From the NCBI GenBank assembly GCA_041859045.1, contig JBHELB010000030.1, positions 41,136 through 105,135 of the forward strand: a stretch of 64,000 nucleotides of DNA, given 5' to 3'. Made by a program: the position numbers and the translations under genes. Position 1 is the stretch's first letter. Each line of letters begins with the position of its first letter. The DNA comes from Candidatus Hydrogenedentales bacterium (GTDB lineage Bacteria; Hydrogenedentota; Hydrogenedentia; Hydrogenedentales; SLHB01). The notes below the pieces were generated by a model that was given only the letters and a program-made list of their open reading frames with translations, was not told where the DNA came from and ran no database searches. Positions 30,637-39,232 of this stretch are shown in pieces.

Positions 30637-30670
30637 TGCAAGGATTGCAGAGGTTAACGTTCAAGGAGGA
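30637..30670 (+). promoter_or_regulatory. Flagellin 5'-UTR: GGA-in-hairpin-loop plus GGA-containing Shine-Dalgarno (CsrA-like binding architecture)
   Basis: tgcaaGGAttgca hairpin with GGA in the loop, then caaGGAGGAac SD 8 nt before the ATG. Confidence 0.35.
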
Positions 30671-30678
30671 ACATCGCT

Positions 30679-31497
30679 ATGGGTCTGCGTATCAACACCA
30701 ATGTGGCCGCGCTAAATGCTAGCCGTGTGCTGCGCCGGTCCACCCTCTCTCTCAACAAGACCCTCGAACGTCTCTCCAGCGGTCTGCGCATCAACCGGGC
30801 CGCGGACGACGCCGCGGGTCTGGCCATTGCCGAAGCGTTTCGTTCTGTCGTGCGCGGTTCGGCGGTGGCGCAACGCAACGCGCAAGACGGCATCAGCCTC
30901 GTGCAGACGGCGGAAGGCGCGTTGAGCGAAACGACCAACATCCTTCAGCGCATGCGCGAGTTGGCCGTGCAGGCGTCAAACGGCACGCAGAGCAGCACCA
31001 ACCGCTTGTCGCTCAACAGCGAAGTGGTCCAACTGCTCGAGCAGATCGACGACATCGCCCTCGACACCGAGTTCAACGGCCTGTTTGTCCTGAGCGCGCC
31101 GCAGACCGTGACACTCCAAGCCGGTGTGCAGGCGGGGCAGACATTGTTACTGAACCTGACCGGCGCGAAGACCAATGACATCGGGGTGAACGGCATCTCG
31201 ATCTCGTCCTTCAATTCGGCACAGTCCGCTATCTCCACCATCGATGCCGCGCTCAAGAGCGTGTCTTCGTTGCGGAGCTCGCTGGGCGCGATCCAGAACC
31301 GGTTGGAGTTCACGATCAGCGTGCTGGCGATTCAGGAAGAGAACTCGTCGTACTCGGAGAGCGCGATTCGCGACGCCGATATGGCGCGCGAGACCATCGA
31401 CTTCACGCGCAACCAGATTCTGGTCAGTGCGGGCACCTCGGTCTTGGCCCAGGCCAACGTCGTACCGCAGACCGCCTTGCAACTCCTCGGCAGCTAG
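30679..31497 (+). CDS. fliC: Flagellin (short, 272 aa, D0/D1 only)
   Basis: MGLRINTNVAALNASRVL...LSSGLRINRAADDAAGLAIAE... N-terminal, and ...LVSAGTSVLAQANVVPQTALQLLGS C-terminal, flagellin domains. Confidence 0.9.
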   Translation: MGLRINTNVAALNASRVLRRSTLSLNKTLERLSSGLRINRAADDAAGLAIAEAFRSVVRGSAVAQRNAQDGISLVQTAEGALSETTNILQRMRELAVQASNGTQSSTNRLSLNSEVVQLLEQIDDIALDTEFNGLFVLSAPQTVTLQAGVQAGQTLLLNLTGAKTNDIGVNGISISSFNSAQSAISTIDAALKSVSSLRSSLGAIQNRLEFTISVLAIQEENSSYSESAIRDADMARETIDFTRNQILVSAGTSVLAQANVVPQTALQLLGS

Positions 31498-31537
31498 GTC
31501 CTCGGGTGGGGTTAGCCCCCTCGATTGCACCGTCGCA

Positions 31538-31564
31538 CCGGCCCGCAGCCCGCCTGCGGGCCGG
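31538..31564. terminator. Bidirectional hairpin between the convergent flagellin and pilin genes
   Basis: CCGGCCCGCAG-cccgc-CTGCGGGCCGG perfect 11-bp stem, then TATTT on the plus strand. Confidence 0.5.
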
Positions 31565-31592
31565 AACTATTTCGGGGAGAAAGCGATTGTTC

Positions 31593-32279
31593 TTATTCTT
31601 GCTGCGACAATCGCTCAAACGCGTAGACGGAAGGGTCGGTGGTCAGGGGAACTTCCGTGACGCGTACGGGGTAGTCTGAAGCAGCCCACTGCGCGCCACG
31701 ACGGTATTCCACACTACCGTCCAACCAGAGTACATTGCCCCCGTCCGGATGATTTTTGTGAGGCGGAAGCAATTCGGAACGATTCGTGTCACCGGGCACG
31801 AAATAGATGTCCCACGCGACCGGCAAGCGCGGGATGGCCTCCTCGGGGGGCGGCAAAACAATCGGAGCCGCCGTGTATGCGCCAAGGTAATCGTAACTCC
31901 CTCGCAGCCCCACACGCCCCAGTGCGGTGTCGAAGCCAATTCTCCCTTCGGACTCTGCGAACTTCTCCGCTTCTTTCTCGTTCTCATTCGTCCGCGGGTC
32001 TGAAGGGCAAACGAATTGGCTTCGAGTCAATCCGTATTCGGCGATCAACGCCACGAGCCCGTCGGCGTTACCATTTCCGCCGTTCCAGGGGAGTTGCCCC
32101 CGGTTTTCCGCCGCGTACAGATGAAGCGCCATCCCTATCTGCATCAGATTGGCGGAACAGGACGAGCGCCGCGCGCTTTCGCGTGCGCGCGCCAAGGTGG
32201 GCAGTAGGATCGCCGCGAGAACGCCAATAATCGCGATCGTGCTGAGAAGTTCGATCAGCGTGAAACCCCGACGGCTCAT
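31593..32279 (-). CDS. DUF1559 / H-X9-DG prepilin-type protein (candidate major pilin or pseudopilin of the locus)
   Basis: [55 protein letters not shown]...; C-terminal ...[19 protein letters not shown] (H-X9-DG). Confidence 0.75.
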   Translation of the reverse strand: MSRRGFTLIELLSTIAIIGVLAAILLPTLARARESARRSSCSANLMQIGMALHLYAAENRGQLPWNGGNGNADGLVALIAEYGLTRSQFVCPSDPRTNENEKEAEKFAESEGRIGFDTALGRVGLRGSYDYLGAYTAAPIVLPPPEEAIPRLPVAWDIYFVPGDTNRSELLPPHKNHPDGGNVLWLDGSVEYRRGAQWAASDYPVRVTEVPLTTDPSVYAFERLSQQE

Positions 32280-32683
32280 GGTTCTGCCTCCCGCCAGTCG
32301 GTCACGCGCGGGCCATCTCCCGATGAGGCAATGCGTGCGGCCAACGTCACCCGCGATAGCACTTGGCCGTCTGAACGATATTCGCCCGTGGCCACGACTT
32401 CCAGCATGTCACCTTCCTTAGGCGCAGGCGAAAGGCTAAATGAACCTTCACCTAACGTCACCGTCGTGTTCTGCACGGAATTCCCCGCGCGGAGCTGCGC
32501 GACGGCGTAGTCGATCCCGGCTTCCGCAAGGTTGCGCGCCACGAGGCGACGTTCGTGGGCGCGGGCGGTGTCGTAACTGCGCAACACAGCCGAACCCAGT
32601 CCCGCCGCGAGTGCCCCAATTACCGCCATAATCACTATCGCCAGCACAAGCGCGAACCCCTGGCTCGACGAAGTTGTTCTCAT
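32276..32683 (-). CDS. PilX_N-like minor pilin-associated protein
   Basis: N-terminal [23 protein letters not shown] helix with no Glu at +5; 135 aa. Confidence 0.45.
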   Translation of the reverse strand: MRTTSSSQGFALVLAIVIMAVIGALAAGLGSAVLRSYDTARAHERRLVARNLAEAGIDYAVAQLRAGNSVQNTTVTLGEGSFSLSPAPKEGDMLEVVATGEYRSDGQVLSRVTLAARIASSGDGPRVTDWREAEP

Positions 32684-33222
32684 GGCAGTACCCCCCGTTC
32701 GGGCGCCCGAAACGCCGCCGTGACCCGGCGGGGTTCCTCGGCGCGCTGGCCCCGGCCGGGACGCTGAGGCAGATACGTGAGCGTCGCCGAACGCGATGTG
32801 GCGGTAATCTCCACGGTCTTCAGCGGCAGCGGTTCACGAGACGTCTTGTGGAGCAACAACCCCTGCGGTGTCTCCGTGAAATGGGCGAAGGTCAGCGCGG
32901 GCGCGGCCTCTCCGGGCTCCAGGTTTCCAATCACCAGATAGCGGTGCTCGCCTTGCGCCGCGAGCCCCATGTCGAGAACGACGGATTGCGCGTTCGTGCG
33001 GTACGGCCCGAGCACCGCGCGCACGCCCTTGGCCTCGCGTACGGCGTTGCGGAAGTTGTCGTCCAGTGCGCTGGCCATGCTGACGCGATCCACAGCGTTT
33101 TGGCCTGCTGCGGCCAGTCGCGACGTCTGCACATACAGCGTCAGGCTCAGCGACAACAGCACGGTGAAAGAAGCCGCATAGAGAATCATTTCAAGAAGCG
33201 ATGTGCCGGCGTTTCGACGCAT
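32680..33222 (-). CDS. Prepilin-type pseudopilin (PilW/GspJ-like)
   Basis: MRRNAGTSLLEMILYAASFTVLLSL (G|TSLLE); start trimmed from ORF 32680..33252. Confidence 0.55.
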   Translation of the reverse strand: MRRNAGTSLLEMILYAASFTVLLSLSLTLYVQTSRLAAAGQNAVDRVSMASALDDNFRNAVREAKGVRAVLGPYRTNAQSVVLDMGLAAQGEHRYLVIGNLEPGEAAPALTFAHFTETPQGLLLHKTSREPLPLKTVEITATSRSATLTYLPQRPGRGQRAEEPRRVTAAFRAPERGVLP

Positions 33223-33611
33223 TAGGACGCACCTCGCGCCGCCGCGATACACGTCGTCAGGGTCTTGGTGATACGGCGGCCGTTGTCGCCCGTCCAGGTA
33301 AGTTCGGCGGTCACACTCCAGAGCCTCGGCACGCCGTCGAACGGCTGAATCGTCACCTGTCCTTGCGCTTCGGGCAACGTTTCCGGGATAGCGATCGTAA
33401 ACGGCTGTTGACCGGATATCGCGCCGCGTTCGCCTGCACGCACCAACTCGATTTCATTCTCAAGGGTGGACAGAGCGGTTTCGCTCTGCGCGGCGTGGCG
33501 GATTTTTGAGTGATAGTGCAGGACCATCTGCGCGCCGCCGAGCACGGCCGCGCCAAAGACGCCAAGCGCCACAACCATCTCGATGAGCAGGTATCCGCGC
33601 CGCCGCATCAT
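33222..33611 (-). CDS. Prepilin-type pseudopilin (PilV/GspI-like, 129 aa)
   Basis: MMRRRGYLLIEMVVALGVFGAAVLGG (G|YLLIE). The ATGATG at 33611 overlaps the stop of the ATPase gene; the ORF-track 33872 start is an artefact. Confidence 0.55.
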   Translation of the reverse strand: MMRRRGYLLIEMVVALGVFGAAVLGGAQMVLHYHSKIRHAAQSETALSTLENEIELVRAGERGAISGQQPFTIAIPETLPEAQGQVTIQPFDGVPRLWSVTAELTWTGDNGRRITKTLTTCIAAARGAS

Positions 33612-34894
33612 CCACGTGCCTCCTTCGTGCTGGGTGGGAGCACGCGCACGATCTCGTCCAGCGACGTAACGCCTGAGGCCGCACGCTGCAACGCGGCCGC
33701 GTGAAGCGGCGTCATGCCCGCCGCAAGGGCCTCCGCCTGTATCTGTCGCGTCGGCATGCGGCGCAGGACGGCATCGCCGACGCCGTCGGTAACCGCGAGC
33801 GCTTCTCCCACGGCAATCCGGCCCCAATAGCCTATCCCGCGACATTCCGCACACCCTACGGCCTGCCGCCACGTACCTGGGGCGTTGTCTATGTCATATG
33901 CCTCGAGCAAAGCCCGAGACGGCGCGGTCTCCGTGGCGCAGTGTGGACAAAGCCGCCGCAATAGCCGCTGGGCAAGCACGCCCGTGATGGATGATGCCGC
34001 CAGAAACGGCTCGATACCCATGTCGAGCAATCGCGCGAACACCCCGGCGGCGACGCCGGAGTGAATCGTGCTGATGACCAGGTGCCCGGTCAGGCCAGCT
34101 TGCACGGCAAGCGAGGCGGTCTCGGCGTCGCGAATCTCGCCGACCATGATCACCTCGGGGTCTTGACGCAACGCCGCGCGCAGGGCGCTCTCGAAAGTGA
34201 ACCCGGCGGCAGGGTTGATTTGAGTCTGGGCGGTGCGCGGCAAGCGGTACTCCACGGGGTCTTCAAGCGTGACCATGTTGACAGTGTTTCCGCGCTGGCG
34301 CTGGATTTCTTGGAGAAGGGCGTAGATCGTCGTCGTCTTGCCGCTCGAACTAGGCCCCGTGAGCAGCAACGTACCTTGTGGGCGCGCCACCAGCTCACGC
34401 AGGCGCGCCGTCACGGCGGCATCAAACCCCAGTTCGGCGAGCACAGGCGGCTGCGCGGAACCGCCCAGAAGGCGCAGGACTAGTTTCTCGCCGTTTATGG
34501 TGGGAAACGCCGCCACGCGCACAGCCTGTGCGCATGGCGTCGCGCCAGCCTCGATGCGTCCGTCCTGCGGCGTGTCGCGCTGATAGACCACCATGCGCGC
34601 GAGCACTTTGCAGCGGGTAACGAGGCGGTCGTGGTGATGTTTTGGGTAGCAGAGCACGTCGTGCAGCAGACCGTCGAGCCGCCAGCGGACAACGACGCGG
34701 TCTTCCCAAGGTTCCAGGTGCAGATCCGACGCGTGGTGCGCCGCTGCCTGCGCCAATAGCGTATCCAGGGCCAAGCACGCGCCCTGTTCGCCTCGCTCGA
34801 ACTCCTCGAGCACCTGGGCTTCGACCGCACGGAACGGCATCGGCGCAGGCTCGCGCCCGCCGTCTTCCCGATCGATAATCCGCAGTGCAGGCAT
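33608..34894 (-). CDS. GspE/PilB-family secretion ATPase lacking the N1 domain (TadA-sized, 428 aa)
   Basis: Start trimmed to MPALRIIDRE, with AGGAG 6 nt upstream. Walker A LLLTGPSSSGKTTT; VTLEDPVEY; C-terminal tetra-Cys CPHC...CAEC. The first 186 aa of ORF 33608..35452 are out-of-context Arg/Cys-rich read-through. Confidence 0.8.
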   Translation of the reverse strand: MPALRIIDREDGGREPAPMPFRAVEAQVLEEFERGEQGACLALDTLLAQAAAHHASDLHLEPWEDRVVVRWRLDGLLHDVLCYPKHHHDRLVTRCKVLARMVVYQRDTPQDGRIEAGATPCAQAVRVAAFPTINGEKLVLRLLGGSAQPPVLAELGFDAAVTARLRELVARPQGTLLLTGPSSSGKTTTIYALLQEIQRQRGNTVNMVTLEDPVEYRLPRTAQTQINPAAGFTFESALRAALRQDPEVIMVGEIRDAETASLAVQAGLTGHLVISTIHSGVAAGVFARLLDMGIEPFLAASSITGVLAQRLLRRLCPHCATETAPSRALLEAYDIDNAPGTWRQAVGCAECRGIGYWGRIAVGEALAVTDGVGDAVLRRMPTRQIQAEALAAGMTPLHAAALQRAASGVTSLDEIVRVLPPSTKEARG

Positions 34895-34911
34895 TGGGTC
34901 GGTCTCCTCTC

Positions 34912-36084
34912 CTACATCGAATTCAGCAACGCATCCGTGAACGCCACAAGGGTTGTGAACAACCACATCGAGAATTGCAGCACGAGAAACCCCATCGCGA
35001 TCACGCACGCAGGAAACACAAGTTCGTTCAACAGCAGTATCCCGTTGTGAAACCGGTCGAACGCAATGCGCCCCTCTTGTTCGAGGCTCTCGGGCAACAG
35101 TCCGCTGGCGTCGCCCATTGAGGCAAGTGCGCGGAACCCGGGCGAGAATGCGGATTCCCCCTGGATCGCGTGCGCAAACGGCTGCCCCAGCCCGACCGCC
35201 GCACGAACACGCCCTAGGGCCGCACGCAACGCGGGGCGCACGTCGAGCGCAACGGCTTGATCCAAGACCTCTGTTAACGGTACGCCTGAAGCAAGCAGGG
35301 GATGCATGAACTGCGCGGTCAGGGCCATGTCGCGCGCCTGCAAGATTCCACGAAGTCCAGGCACATGCGATGCCGCGTTGCGCACACGCCGCCGCCCGTT
35401 TTGAGACAGAAAGAGAGGGAATACCATGGCCGCCGGGATCAGCGCCAGCCAAACCGCCGTTGGCAGGCCAGCGTACGTCACTTTACAGAACGTCGTCACA
35501 AAGTCATGCGTGGCGGGCATCGCAACCGAGGCGTCGAAATCCTTGAGCACCGCGTCGAGTTGGGGCGAAAAGGAGCGAGAAATGTACCACCCCACCAAGA
35601 GCAGAACCGCATAAACAGCCAACACAAACCTTGCGGAACTGCGCACCGCCATCGCCACGCGTTCCTCGCGCTGAAGATCGCCGCGAAGTTGATCGAGGGT
35701 CTGCTCCAGATTGCCTGCCTGCTCCGCGGCGGCCACGCGCGCAACGTACTGCGCCGGGAAAAAGAGCGGGCGGCGCTTGAGCGCCTCATGAAGGTGGAAT
35801 CCCGATTCGATATCGTCCGCCAAGGCAAGCAGCAAGACATAAAAAGGATGATTTTTCGTCTCGCTCGCGGCGAGACGAAGTCCCGTGGTCAACGGCGCGT
35901 TACGGCACACAATGGATTGGAAAAGAACCGTGATCTCGATGAGATACCGGCGGCGCTTGCGGCCATTGAACGGAAACGGACCGCGCCATGTATCCGCCGG
36001 TACGGAAAAGCGCTGGCCCCGGCGAAAGAACAGCGCCAGGTCCAGTGAGAGAAAACGGTGCATTTTACTCGGCTTCATGGACAT
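34912..36084 (-). CDS. GspF/PilC-family platform protein (paralog 2)
   Basis: Two T2SS-F repeats (...LFFPAQYVARVAAAEQAGNLEQTL..., ...ASMGDASGLLPESLEQ...); TM helices; atypical N-terminus. Confidence 0.75.
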   Translation of the reverse strand: MSMKPSKMHRFLSLDLALFFRRGQRFSVPADTWRGPFPFNGRKRRRYLIEITVLFQSIVCRNAPLTTGLRLAASETKNHPFYVLLLALADDIESGFHLHEALKRRPLFFPAQYVARVAAAEQAGNLEQTLDQLRGDLQREERVAMAVRSSARFVLAVYAVLLLVGWYISRSFSPQLDAVLKDFDASVAMPATHDFVTTFCKVTYAGLPTAVWLALIPAAMVFPLFLSQNGRRRVRNAASHVPGLRGILQARDMALTAQFMHPLLASGVPLTEVLDQAVALDVRPALRAALGRVRAAVGLGQPFAHAIQGESAFSPGFRALASMGDASGLLPESLEQEGRIAFDRFHNGILLLNELVFPACVIAMGFLVLQFSMWLFTTLVAFTDALLNSM

Positions 36085-36096
36085 TTCATCCGCAAC

Positions 36097-37299
36097 CTAA
36101 ATATCGTCCACCCGGATTCCGTAGAGCGGCAGCAGCACCAGCAGCCAGGTGGCGACGACGATCCCGCCCACGGCCAGCACGGCGATCGGCCCCGACGCGG
36201 TCACGAGGGCTCTATCCATCGACGCGACGCGCTGTTCGAGGGTGTCCGCCGCGTGCAGCAGCGCCTCGGGTATGTCGCCACGTTCCTCCGCACCGGCCAA
36301 GAACCAGCCGCTGATGTGGTCGAAATAGCCTGTGGCGGCCAGAGATTCGGATAGCGAGTATCCCGCGCTGACCCGGCCTGCCGCCTGGAGCGCGGCGCTC
36401 TCGATATCGGGATTTCCGCCCGCCGCGCCGGCGAGTTCCATCGCGTCGACAAGGGGAACGCCGCTGGACGTGAGCAAGCCCAGCGCGCGAACGAAACGGG
36501 CCTGGGCCGATAGGCGCAGGTATTTTCCAAAGAACGGCTGCACCCGGAACAGCGCGTAGAAAAGTTGCCGCCACCCCAGCACTTTCCACGCGACAAAGGC
36601 CAGCCCCGCCGCAATGGCTATTCCCGCGCCGAACCACGGCCAGCCTATCTGGGTCAGCGAGACAAAGAAGAACGCGAGCCGCGACACGATGCCGTTTCGG
36701 CCCGCGCCATTCTCCAGTAGGGAGATCTGGGGTAATACGGACGCGATAAGAAAAAACTGCACCACCAGCGCCGCCAAGGTCACCACGCCGGGATACGCCA
36801 GCGCCGCCAACATTTGGCCGCGCAATGACGAGACGCGCCGGGCATGTTCCATCAGCAGCACGAGCACGCCGGTGAGGTTGCCCGTCCGCTCGCCCGCGCG
36901 CACCATGCTGGAAAACAGCGGCGGAAAGACATGAGGCGTATTGGCGTCGAGGGCCGACCCCAGCGAGGAGCCCGCCTCGACGCGCTCGCGCAGATTATTG
37001 ACCGCGCCGCGTAGGCGGCGGCTGCTCACGTCGCGCGCGAGCCCTTCCAAGCTCATGGGCAAGGGGAGTCCGCTACGCGCCACCGCAAGCAGGTGCGCAC
37101 TGAGCAAATGCAGATCGTCCCAGTTCAACGCCCCTTTGAGCCGCTGATATCCGGTTACCTTCACCACCGGCTCGATCGCGTTTACCTGATACCCTTGTTC
37201 CTCGAGGGTCTTGACCGCCATCGCCGCAGTCGCGGCTTCGAGGCGGCCGTCGGCGGAAGTCCCACTCGGGTCGACTGCGCGGTAGAAGAACAAAGGCAT
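36097..37299 (-). CDS. GspF/PilC-family platform protein (paralog 3, canonical PilC-like N-terminus)
   Basis: MPLFFYRAVDPSGTSADGRLEAATAAMAVKTLEEQGYQVNAIEP...; ...MVRAGERTGNLTGVL...; 400 aa. Confidence 0.8.
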   Translation of the reverse strand: MPLFFYRAVDPSGTSADGRLEAATAAMAVKTLEEQGYQVNAIEPVVKVTGYQRLKGALNWDDLHLLSAHLLAVARSGLPLPMSLEGLARDVSSRRLRGAVNNLRERVEAGSSLGSALDANTPHVFPPLFSSMVRAGERTGNLTGVLVLLMEHARRVSSLRGQMLAALAYPGVVTLAALVVQFFLIASVLPQISLLENGAGRNGIVSRLAFFFVSLTQIGWPWFGAGIAIAAGLAFVAWKVLGWRQLFYALFRVQPFFGKYLRLSAQARFVRALGLLTSSGVPLVDAMELAGAAGGNPDIESAALQAAGRVSAGYSLSESLAATGYFDHISGWFLAGAEERGDIPEALLHAADTLEQRVASMDRALVTASGPIAVLAVGGIVVATWLLVLLPLYGIRVDDI

Positions 37300-37370
37300 C
37301 TGCGAAACTCCTCCTGAAGGGGAAAGGGAACGCTGTTCAGGAGTTTAATGCGCGCGCGAGGGAAAAGCGA

Positions 37371-37883
37371 TCAGCGAGAGAAAGACGAAGGTTTGCTTTG
37401 GGAGATGTTGCACAGGCGGATCGAGAACTGTTTTTCGAAGTCTCGGCGCATTTCGAGCGGCATGTGGGTCTGTCCGGAAGCGAGGACGGGCTGCGCCGCC
37501 GCGCCCCGAAGGTCGGCGCTATCGAACGGGGCGTGCCGCACGTCGCCCACCGGCTCCGCGGCAAGGCCCAATCCCAACACGAGCAGCGCCAACAGCGCCG
37601 CGCGCTGGAGCACGAGCCTGAACGAAAACGCAGGCATGGGCAACATGGTCCGTTTGGTCCGACTAAGTTCCGCCATTGCCTGGCGCAAGCGCGCAAACTG
37701 GTAACGCGGCGACGGATGCTCGAGCAGACCGCGAACGTGTGCGTACGTCGCTCGAAGCGTTGACAGTTCCTCGCGGCAATCGGCGCAGCGCTCGAGATGA
37801 AACTCCACCTCGAGCCGATCGGCCAGTCGCAGGTCGCCGTCCGCATAACGGACGAGCCTTGTCTCCATTCGACTACAGTCCAT
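37371..37883 (-). CDS. Anti-sigma factor, zf-HC2 type, single TM
   Basis: HLERCADCREEL (H-x3-C-x2-C), a central hydrophobic helix, and position directly downstream of the ECF sigma gene. Confidence 0.6.
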   Translation of the reverse strand: MDCSRMETRLVRYADGDLRLADRLEVEFHLERCADCREELSTLRATYAHVRGLLEHPSPRYQFARLRQAMAELSRTKRTMLPMPAFSFRLVLQRAALLALLVLGLGLAAEPVGDVRHAPFDSADLRGAAAQPVLASGQTHMPLEMRRDFEKQFSIRLCNISQSKPSSFSR

Positions 37884-37889
37884 AGTGCT

Positions 37890-38489
37890 CTAATCTCTCA
37901 TGGCCAGGAGTACGTCTCCCAGCAGCTCGCGCAATTTGCGCACCGCCAACAGCTTCCTCGAACGCACCGTGTTCACGGGGCATTGCATCACCTTGGCGAT
38001 GTCTTCGAGCGGCAACCCATCCACCACGCGCAGCACGAAGGCCATTTTCTGGTCTTCCGGCAACTCGTTCATCGCCTGGTCCAGCAGCGCGCTCAGTTCG
38101 CCGCGTTCCGCCGAAAACTGCGGAGAGCCTCCCTTGTTCTGTTCGGCCTCCGCATACCACCCCGCCTGCACCGTCTGGTCGCGTTGTGCGCGCTTGGCCT
38201 CGCGGCAGCGCTCGAACCATACCATCCGCGCAAACGTGAAAAGATAGGCAGGAAACGACCCGGTGGCCGCGTATCGCTTGCGCAGTTTCCATACCCGCAA
38301 GAACGTTTCGTGGCACAGATCCTCCGCTAGCGCCGGGTTGCGTCCCATCGCGCAGAAGAAATTCTGCAACTTACGGTAGTAGCGTTGGTACAGCGCCTCA
38401 AACGCATCCGCGCTGTCGCCCTGCGCCGCCAACATCAGCTCAATGTCCGACCGGATTCCTTCGCAGCGATCGACCCCAGCCATGGTCAC
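37890..38489 (-). CDS. ECF-family RNA polymerase sigma factor (sigma-70 regions 2 and 4)
   Basis: Region 2 ...FEALYQRYYRKLQNFFCAMGRNPALAEDLCHETFLRVW...; region 4 ...LPEDQKMAFVLRVVDGLPLEDIAKVMQCPVNTVRSR. Confidence 0.85.
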   Translation of the reverse strand: MTMAGVDRCEGIRSDIELMLAAQGDSADAFEALYQRYYRKLQNFFCAMGRNPALAEDLCHETFLRVWKLRKRYAATGSFPAYLFTFARMVWFERCREAKRAQRDQTVQAGWYAEAEQNKGGSPQFSAERGELSALLDQAMNELPEDQKMAFVLRVVDGLPLEDIAKVMQCPVNTVRSRKLLAVRKLRELLGDVLLAMRD

Positions 38490-38566
38490 CCCCTGTCGTA
38501 TACTAATGAGCCGTCGACCCCCAATCGATCAAACTCAGCCCGCGTAGGACGCAAACTCACGCATTG

Positions 38567-38595
38567 AGGATATATCAACCCACGGAATGCGTCAA
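38567..38595 (-). promoter_or_regulatory. Candidate sigma70-type promoter for the ECF sigma / anti-sigma / pilus operon
   Basis: Minus-strand TTGACG-17 nt-TATCCT in an AT-richer ~250-nt intergenic region, about 70 nt upstream of the sigma gene. Confidence 0.3.
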
Positions 38596-38730
38596 TAGAA
38601 AAATTGCGTACGTTGTTGGTTTTTTCAATCACCACCTGAAAGAAATTTCCAGTCCGCTCGACGCTGTCGATCCGCGATTTTGCTTTTCGTGGCCAGTTTT
38701 CTTAGCTTGTTCCCTAGTGGGAGGTTGCCT

Positions 38731-39057
38731 GTGGAACGACCAAGAAATCACTCTCTGTTTTCTGCGTGCTGGGGACCCAGTTCGTCGTTGGCGCGGCTGG
38801 GAATTGCCGCTGTGATCTTGCTCGTCGCCGGAGGACTTACAGCAAGCTTCGTCGTGCGCGCGACGTCGGCCCCAAGTGCCACGGTCGCTGTCGCCGAGAA
38901 TACATCGGCGACCGACGACGAACGGCAGCTCAGTGCAAGCGAACAACAGGCCGCGGCAGAAGAAGGCGAGTATCAGCAAGAAACCCGGCGGCAGAAAAGA
39001 CATACGCTTCGCTGGATTTTCAGATCGCTACGGCAATTCCTCAGGCTTCTAGACTAG
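38731..39057 (+). CDS. Hypothetical small membrane protein (weak call)
   Basis: GTG-initiated frame with one TM helix (LARLGIAAVILLVAGGLTASFVV) and an acidic tail. Local GC3 is modest and an antisense ORF also exists. Confidence 0.25.
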   Translation: MERPRNHSLFSACWGPSSSLARLGIAAVILLVAGGLTASFVVRATSAPSATVAVAENTSATDDERQLSASEQQAAAEEGEYQQETRRQKRHTLRWIFRSLRQFLRLLD

Positions 39058-39232
39058 CGCGTAGCGGGAGCTCGGCGACCGTTCCTGCGCCTATCCCTTC
39101 CACATTTCCAGCAGCCGCTGGAACGCGGTGGGGTGAGTCTGATAGAGCCCGGCGGCGATCCGTCCGGTGTAGAGCAGGAACCCGCCGATGAGCCACGTGC
39201 CCAGCAGGAATAATCCAAGAGTGCGAAGGCGA

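Noticed and set aside
34895-35452. N-terminal 186 codons of ORF 33608..35452 (Arg/Cys/Gly-rich)
   Set aside because: Out-of-frame read-through across the 3' end of the upstream GspF gene. The real ATPase start is ATG 34894 with an AGGAG SD. Other ORF-track starts (8968, 15016, 33872, 40559, 41449, 42578, 43516, 44340, 45640, 62295, 62334) were trimmed for the same reason.
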